From assembly GCA_900549705.1 (NCBI GenBank), contig URPI01000001.1, forward strand, positions 1 to 52,418: DNA of 52,418 bases, given 5' to 3'. The DNA is from an uncultured Eubacteriales bacterium (GTDB taxonomy: Bacteria > Bacillota > Clostridia > Oscillospirales > Oscillospiraceae). Positions 47,626 through 52,418 of the stretch are shown here, piece after piece (positions within the stretch are counted from its first letter, which is position 1; each line of letters opens with the position of its first letter). Below the pieces are notes generated by a model. That model was not told the origin of the DNA. It saw only the letters and a program-made list of their open reading frames with translations, and ran no database searches. The translations under genes and the position numbers were made by a program.

Positions 47626-48797
47626 CCGCCATTATCGCCTTTAGCCGCACCGGCTGCGGCACCGCCCGGCGCGTTGCGGCGATTTTGCAGGAAGATGCCA
47701 CGGCGCGAAGCGCCCTTGCCTCCCCTGAAAGGGGAGGTGGCCGAGCGAACGCGAGGCCGGAGGGGTTATCCTGTATTCAAGAAGAAAACCCCTCAGTCAG
47801 CCTTGCCGGTTCCGAAGTGCCGTCAAGTCTGCCAGCTCCCCTTTCAGGGGAGCCACATATCGTGCTGTATGCGCCCCAGCGGATTGCACAGCCCCCCTTT
47901 GCCCCCATCACAAAGCCCTTTCGGGAATTTTATGGGGAACTGTTTCAAGCGCATTCTGCCCTGATTTTTGTGGGCAGCGTGGGCATTGCGGTGCGGGAGA
48001 TTGCGCCCCATGTCCGCAGCAAGGCCACCGACCCGGCGGTGATTTCCCTGGATGAATTGGGAAAGTTTGTGATTCCCATTCTCTCCGGTCACATCGGCGG
48101 TGCCAATGCCCTGGCAGCCCGGCTGGCGGATGCCCTGGGGGCAACCCCGGTGATTACCACCGCCACCGACATCAACCACCGCTTCAGCGTGGACACCTGG
48201 GCAACCTGCCATGGCTGCGCCATCAGCAGTCTCGCGGCGGCAAAGCAAATTTCCGCCGCCGTGTTGGAGGGAGATGTCCCCCTTTGCGCCGATTTCCCCC
48301 TGCCGGAAGCGCTGCCCACGGGCTTGACCCCCGGGCAGTCCGGCACGCTGGGCATCTTCCTGGGCTATCACAAGTGCTGCCCCTTTGACACCACCCTGCG
48401 GCTAACCCCCAAGGTGCTGCACCTGGGCATCGGCTGCCGCCGGGGGATCGCAAAGGAGCAGATTGCCCAGGCGGTGCAGGAGGCGCTGGCGCAGGAGAAT
48501 CTGGACATTCAGGCCGTGGCCTGTGCCGCTTCCATTGACCTGAAAGCGGACGAGCAGGGGTTACTGGACTATTGCGCCCAGCAGCGCATTCCGGTGTCCT
48601 TTTATTCCGCCGAGGTGCTGCGTGCCATCCCCGGGCAGTTCAGCGGGTCGGAATTTGTTGCCTCCGTGACCGGGGTGGACTGCGTGTGTGAGCGGGCTGC
48701 CCTGGTGGGGGCGCAGCAGTTGATTGTAAAAAAATATGCCCGGGACGGCGTAACCGTTGCCGTGGCGCTGGAAAATTGGGAGGTTCACTTTGGGTAA
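47622..48797 (+). CDS. cbiG: Cobalt-precorrin-5A hydrolase carrying an in-frame repeat insertion
   Basis: GIAVR.IAP..K.TDPAV, SGHIGGAN, ITTATD, LGIGCRRG, VCERAA; GTG start overlaps the cbiF stop. Confidence 0.9.
   Translation: MTAIIAFSRTGCGTARRVAAILQEDATARSALASPERGGGRANARPEGLSCIQEENPSVSLAGSEVPSSLPAPLSGEPHIVLYAPQRIAQPPFAPITKPFREFYGELFQAHSALIFVGSVGIAVREIAPHVRSKATDPAVISLDELGKFVIPILSGHIGGANALAARLADALGATPVITTATDINHRFSVDTWATCHGCAISSLAAAKQISAAVLEGDVPLCADFPLPEALPTGLTPGQSGTLGIFLGYHKCCPFDTTLRLTPKVLHLGIGCRRGIAKEQIAQAVQEALAQENLDIQAVACAASIDLKADEQGLLDYCAQQRIPVSFYSAEVLRAIPGQFSGSEFVASVTGVDCVCERAALVGAQQLIVKKYARDGVTVAVALENWEVHFG
47701..47855. repeat. REP-like palindromic element inside the cbiG coding sequence
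   Basis: cggcgcgaagcgccctt-gcctcccctgaaaggggagg ... cccctcagtcag-ccggttccgaagtgccgtc-gccagctcccctttcaggggagcc shares modules with 12870-12940, 45203-45266, 46596-46720 and 52365-52418. Confidence 0.88.
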
Positions 48798-49518
48798 ACT
48801 GACAATCGTGGGCATTGGCCCCGGAAATTATGACAATATGACCATCGCTGCCGACCGCGCCCTGCGGGAGAGCCAGCTGATTGTGGGCTACACCGTGTAT
48901 GTGGATTTGGTGCAGGAGCGCTATCCCGGCAAGGAGCTGCTCTCCACCCCCATGACCCGGGAGGCCGAGCGCTGCACCCTGGCGCTGGAAGAAGCGGAGA
49001 ACAAAAATGTGGCGCTGGTCTGCTCCGGCGACAGCGGCATCTATGGCATGGCTGCCCTGGTGTATGAGCTGCGGGGCAACCGCACCACGCCGGAAATCTC
49101 CGTGGTGCCCGGTTTGACTGCCGCTTGCAGCGGCGGGGCGCTGCTGGGCGCACCGCTGACCCATGACTTCGCCGTGATTAGCCTCAGCGACCGGCTGACC
49201 CCCTGGGAGAAGATTGAAAGAAGACTGGAATGCGCCGCCCTGGGGGACTTGTCCATTGTGCTGTATAACCCTCGCAGCAAGGGCAGACCCGACAATCTGC
49301 GCATGGCCTGCGACATTCTGCTGAAGCATCTGCCTGCCAGCCGCCTGTGCGGCGTGGCGCATAACATCGGACGGGAGGGAGAAGGCTGCGAAATTCTCAG
49401 CCTGGAAGACCTGCGTACTGCCGATGTGGATATGTTCAGCACCGTCTTCATCGGCAACGCCCAGACCAAGGTGATTGGCGGCAAGCTGGTCACCCCCCGA
49501 GGATACCGGGATGTGTAA
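48790..49518 (+). CDS. cbiH: Precorrin-3B C17-methyltransferase (CbiH/CobJ)
   Basis: VGIGPG, CSGDSGIYGMA, GAPLTHDFAVISLSD, LYNPRS, TPRGY; TTG start after GGAGG. Confidence 0.94.
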   Translation: MGKLTIVGIGPGNYDNMTIAADRALRESQLIVGYTVYVDLVQERYPGKELLSTPMTREAERCTLALEEAENKNVALVCSGDSGIYGMAALVYELRGNRTTPEISVVPGLTAACSGGALLGAPLTHDFAVISLSDRLTPWEKIERRLECAALGDLSIVLYNPRSKGRPDNLRMACDILLKHLPASRLCGVAHNIGREGEGCEILSLEDLRTADVDMFSTVFIGNAQTKVIGGKLVTPRGYRDV

Positions 49519-51475
49519 GCTGTGTGTGTTTGCCGGAACCACCGAGGGGCGGGAGCTGGTGGAATTTCTGGCGGGGCAGAACGCTCAGGTCTATGCCTGT
49601 GTGGCAACGGAATACGGTCAGACCCTGCTGCCCCCCTTCCCCAATGTAAAGGTGTCCACTGCCCGGCTGACCCAGCCGGAAATGGAATCGTTGTTTCAAA
49701 AAGAGCAATTCCAACTGGTGATTGATGCCACCCACCCCTATGCCGCCGCCGTCACCGAGAACATTGTGGCGGCCTGTGCTGCCACCGGCACGGAATATCA
49801 CCGGCTGCTGCGGGCGGACGTGGACAGCGCCGGGGAAGCGGTTTATGTGGAGCATATCCCCCAGGCACTGGACTATCTCGCTTCCACCACCGGAAATATC
49901 TTGCTGACCACCGGCAGCAAGGAGCTAAAGCAGTTTGCACCTCTGCCGGAATTTTCCCAGCGGGTCTATGCCCGGGTGCTGCCCATGGAGCAGTCCTTGC
50001 AGCTGTGCCGGGAGGCGGGCTTGCAGCCCAGCCATATCCTTGCCATGCAGGGACCTTTCTCAACGGAAATGAACGTTGCCATGCTGAAAACAGTGGGTGC
50101 CAGTATTCTGGTGACCAAATCCTCCGGCGTGGCGGGGGGCTTCCCAGAAAAGCTGGAAGCCGCCCGGGCGCTGGGGCTGACCGCTGTGATTATCGGTCGT
50201 CCGCCCCAGCAGGCGGGCATGGATTTGAACGAGACGGTGGGGATGCTGTGCCGGAAATTCGGCTTTGTTCCCAAGCCCCGGGTAGACATTGTGGGCATCG
50301 GGCCGGGGAGCCGCAGCTTGCAGACCCCCCAGGTGCAGCAGATTTTGCAGGAGGCACAGTGCCTCATCGGCGCAAAACGAATGCTGGAAGCGGTGCAGCA
50401 CCCCGGTGCATTGTGCTGCCCTGCCATTGCGCCTGCTGCCATTCGGGAATGTATGGAGCAGCATCCGGAACTGAGCCGGTTTGCGGTGGTCATGTCCGGG
50501 GATGTGGGCTTTTTCAGCGGCACCAAAAAGCTGCTGGAAGAACTGGACGGCTGGAACGTGGCGGTTCATCCCGGCATCAGCAGCCTGGTGTATCTGTGTG
50601 CGAAATTCGGAAAATCCTATGAGGATGTGGAAATGGTCACCCTCCACGGAAGGCAGAATCCCATTTTGCTGCCCCTCAGCCGGGGCAAGCGGGTGTTCGC
50701 CCTGGTGGGCGGGGACAATGGCATGGGAAAGCTCCTGCACCACTTGCAGGAAAACGGTCTGGGCAACACCATGGTTTATGCCGGTGAAAACCTGAGCTAT
50801 CCCCAGGAGCGGCTGTACCAGGGCACGGCGGAGAGCCTCCGAGACACGGTGTTTGACCCGCTGTGCGTGGCGCTGCTGGAACCGACCCAGGGCTTTTGCT
50901 ATACTCCGGGGCTGCCGGACGAAGCTTTCCGGCGCACCGAGTCCGTTCCCATGACCAAAAGCGAAATCCGGGCGGTGTGCCTGTCCAAGCTGGCGCTGCC
51001 GGAGGGGGCAGTGGTATGGGATGTGGGCGCCGGTACGGGCAGCGTGACCGTGGAAATGGCGCTGTCCGCCCCTCGTGGGCAGGTTTATGCCATTGAGCAG
51101 AAGCCGGCGGCGGTGGAAACATTGCGTGCCAATGTGGACTTGTTCCATGCGGACAATGTTACCGTGGTGCCGGGGACGGCACCGGAGGCCTGCTGTGAGC
51201 TTCCTGCCCCCACCCATGCCTTTTTGGGCGGTACCAGCGGCAATTTGCAGGAGATTGTGGATGTGATTCTCGCCAAAAATCCAGAGGCAAGAATTGTGGC
51301 AACCGCTGTCACCATGGAGTCCATTGCCGCCCTGACCGCCTGCGCCGCCCGGTTCCGGCGGGCAGAGATTGTCACCCTCAGTGTGGCAAAAGCCCGCCCG
51401 GTGGGACATTATCATTTGCTCACCGCCCAAAACCCGGTATATGTGTTCACCATGACCGGCGGAACAGCGCCCTGA
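49511..51475 (+). CDS. Fused precorrin-6A reductase (CbiJ/CobK) plus C5-/C15-methyltransferase (CbiE-CbiT/CobL)
   Basis: FAGTTEG, IDATHPYA, AMQGPFS; then VGIGPG, SGDVGFFS; then PMTKSEIRA, DVGAGTGSV. Confidence 0.92.
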   Translation: MCKLCVFAGTTEGRELVEFLAGQNAQVYACVATEYGQTLLPPFPNVKVSTARLTQPEMESLFQKEQFQLVIDATHPYAAAVTENIVAACAATGTEYHRLLRADVDSAGEAVYVEHIPQALDYLASTTGNILLTTGSKELKQFAPLPEFSQRVYARVLPMEQSLQLCREAGLQPSHILAMQGPFSTEMNVAMLKTVGASILVTKSSGVAGGFPEKLEAARALGLTAVIIGRPPQQAGMDLNETVGMLCRKFGFVPKPRVDIVGIGPGSRSLQTPQVQQILQEAQCLIGAKRMLEAVQHPGALCCPAIAPAAIRECMEQHPELSRFAVVMSGDVGFFSGTKKLLEELDGWNVAVHPGISSLVYLCAKFGKSYEDVEMVTLHGRQNPILLPLSRGKRVFALVGGDNGMGKLLHHLQENGLGNTMVYAGENLSYPQERLYQGTAESLRDTVFDPLCVALLEPTQGFCYTPGLPDEAFRRTESVPMTKSEIRAVCLSKLALPEGAVVWDVGAGTGSVTVEMALSAPRGQVYAIEQKPAAVETLRANVDLFHADNVTVVPGTAPEACCELPAPTHAFLGGTSGNLQEIVDVILAKNPEARIVATAVTMESIAALTACAARFRRAEIVTLSVAKARPVGHYHLLTAQNPVYVFTMTGGTAP

Positions 51476-51513
51476 CCTGGTGCGCCCAATAAAAGAAACG
51501 GAGGCTGTCAGCC

Positions 51514-52311
51514 ATGCTCAAAAAAATCCTGTCCCTTTGTCTTGTGGTTTTCTTTCTGATTCCCGTCAGCGCAGAGACCTTCTCCTTTTCCGGCGGCTCC
51601 GGGCGGGTGTCCATTGTGTGCGACGGGGTGGAAAGCCGGGAGGATGGGGCTTATGCTGCCATTCGCTTTGTGTCCAACAACCACTCCAAAACCGACTATC
51701 GCTATGTCCGCATCGGAGAGGACAAGTATTATCCCGATGAAAACGGACAGTTCGTCATCCCGGTGGTGCTGGGGGAAAATATGGAGATTGTGGGCATGAC
51801 CGCCAAAATGTCCTCCCCCCACGAAATCACCTACACCATTTTCGTGCAGTTGGAGGACACCGACATTCCCGGTCTCACCTTTGTGAACGCCATCCAGGCA
51901 GACGCAAGCTATCTGACCCTCTCCCAGTATGCAAACGGCATCATTCTGGCTTCCATCGTACCCCCCGAGGGGTTTGAAGCAGCGCAATTCCGGTATCTGC
52001 TGACGGAGGATGCTTCCACCATCCCCGCCGGACTGGAAAAGGATTACGGTGTCATCCCCGTTCCGGCAGAGAGCACCGTCACCATTGCCGATTGTGAGGC
52101 GCTGGAAGCCCCCGACTATAAATCCATGATTCGCGGCAAGGTGACAGTGGTCATTCTGGATGCAGCGCTGCTGACCGAAGAAAACCGCTCCGCCTATGAA
52201 ACCCTCCGCGACCGCCTGAACACCCTGGGCATCCCACTGCTCCTCGACCGCTCCGCCCAGGAGGCAGACAGCAGCACTTGGGATGTGCTGTGGAATATCA
52301 TAAACCCGTAA
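51514..52311 (+). CDS. Secreted hypothetical protein, possible corrinoid/metal-binding
   Basis: Signal peptide; GGSGRVSI..YRYVRIG..KYYP..FVIPV..MSSPHEITY domain, then a shortened substrate-binding-protein-like segment (APDY, LGIPLLLDRS). Confidence 0.55.
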   Translation: MLKKILSLCLVVFFLIPVSAETFSFSGGSGRVSIVCDGVESREDGAYAAIRFVSNNHSKTDYRYVRIGEDKYYPDENGQFVIPVVLGENMEIVGMTAKMSSPHEITYTIFVQLEDTDIPGLTFVNAIQADASYLTLSQYANGIILASIVPPEGFEAAQFRYLLTEDASTIPAGLEKDYGVIPVPAESTVTIADCEALEAPDYKSMIRGKVTVVILDAALLTEENRSAYETLRDRLNTLGIPLLLDRSAQEADSSTWDVLWNIINP

Positions 52312-52364
52312 CCGTTTTGCGCACACCACTGTAGTAGAGCGTACAGGCTAAAGGTTTGCACCGC

Positions 52365-52418
52365 TTGGCTTCCCCCGGGGGGAAGCTGTCAGACGGCACT
52401 TCGGAACCGGCTGACTGA
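52365..52418. repeat. REP-like element (truncated at window end)
   Basis: ttggcttcccccggggggaagctg..gacggcacttcggaaccgg.tgactga matches about 12870-12935. Confidence 0.85.

Overview
This is GC-rich Firmicute (Clostridia, Oscillospiraceae-like) chromosomal DNA made up mostly of housekeeping and metabolic genes. In order: purF-carA-carB, a GH94 cellobiose phosphorylase, a U32-like protein, an ABC export cassette, a Zn-dependent dehydrogenase, an XRE regulator, split transketolase, a MATE exporter, gltBD, aspS, rsmF-like, murA, cysE, a Vex/VncRS-like ABC plus two-component block, THF-riboswitch-controlled folT, an HssRS-like/PlsY/glycosyltransferase operon, and the start of a cobalamin-riboswitch-controlled cbi operon. 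No CRISPR array, tRNA, rRNA, transposase or reverse transcriptase was recognised. The most interesting signals are non-coding. (1) A modular family of palindromic REP-like elements with a conserved linker motif: one copy lies in frame inside cbiG and adds about 50 aa, and another supplies the cbiA stop codon. (2) Matching ANTAR-type hairpin/terminator leaders in front of purF-carAB and gltBD. (3) A candidate ~235-nt C-rich small RNA with its own promoter and terminator. (4) A group II intron domain V-VI remnant. (5) A second structured domain in the folT leader. All calls were made by eye from the sequence and ORF track; no database searches were run.
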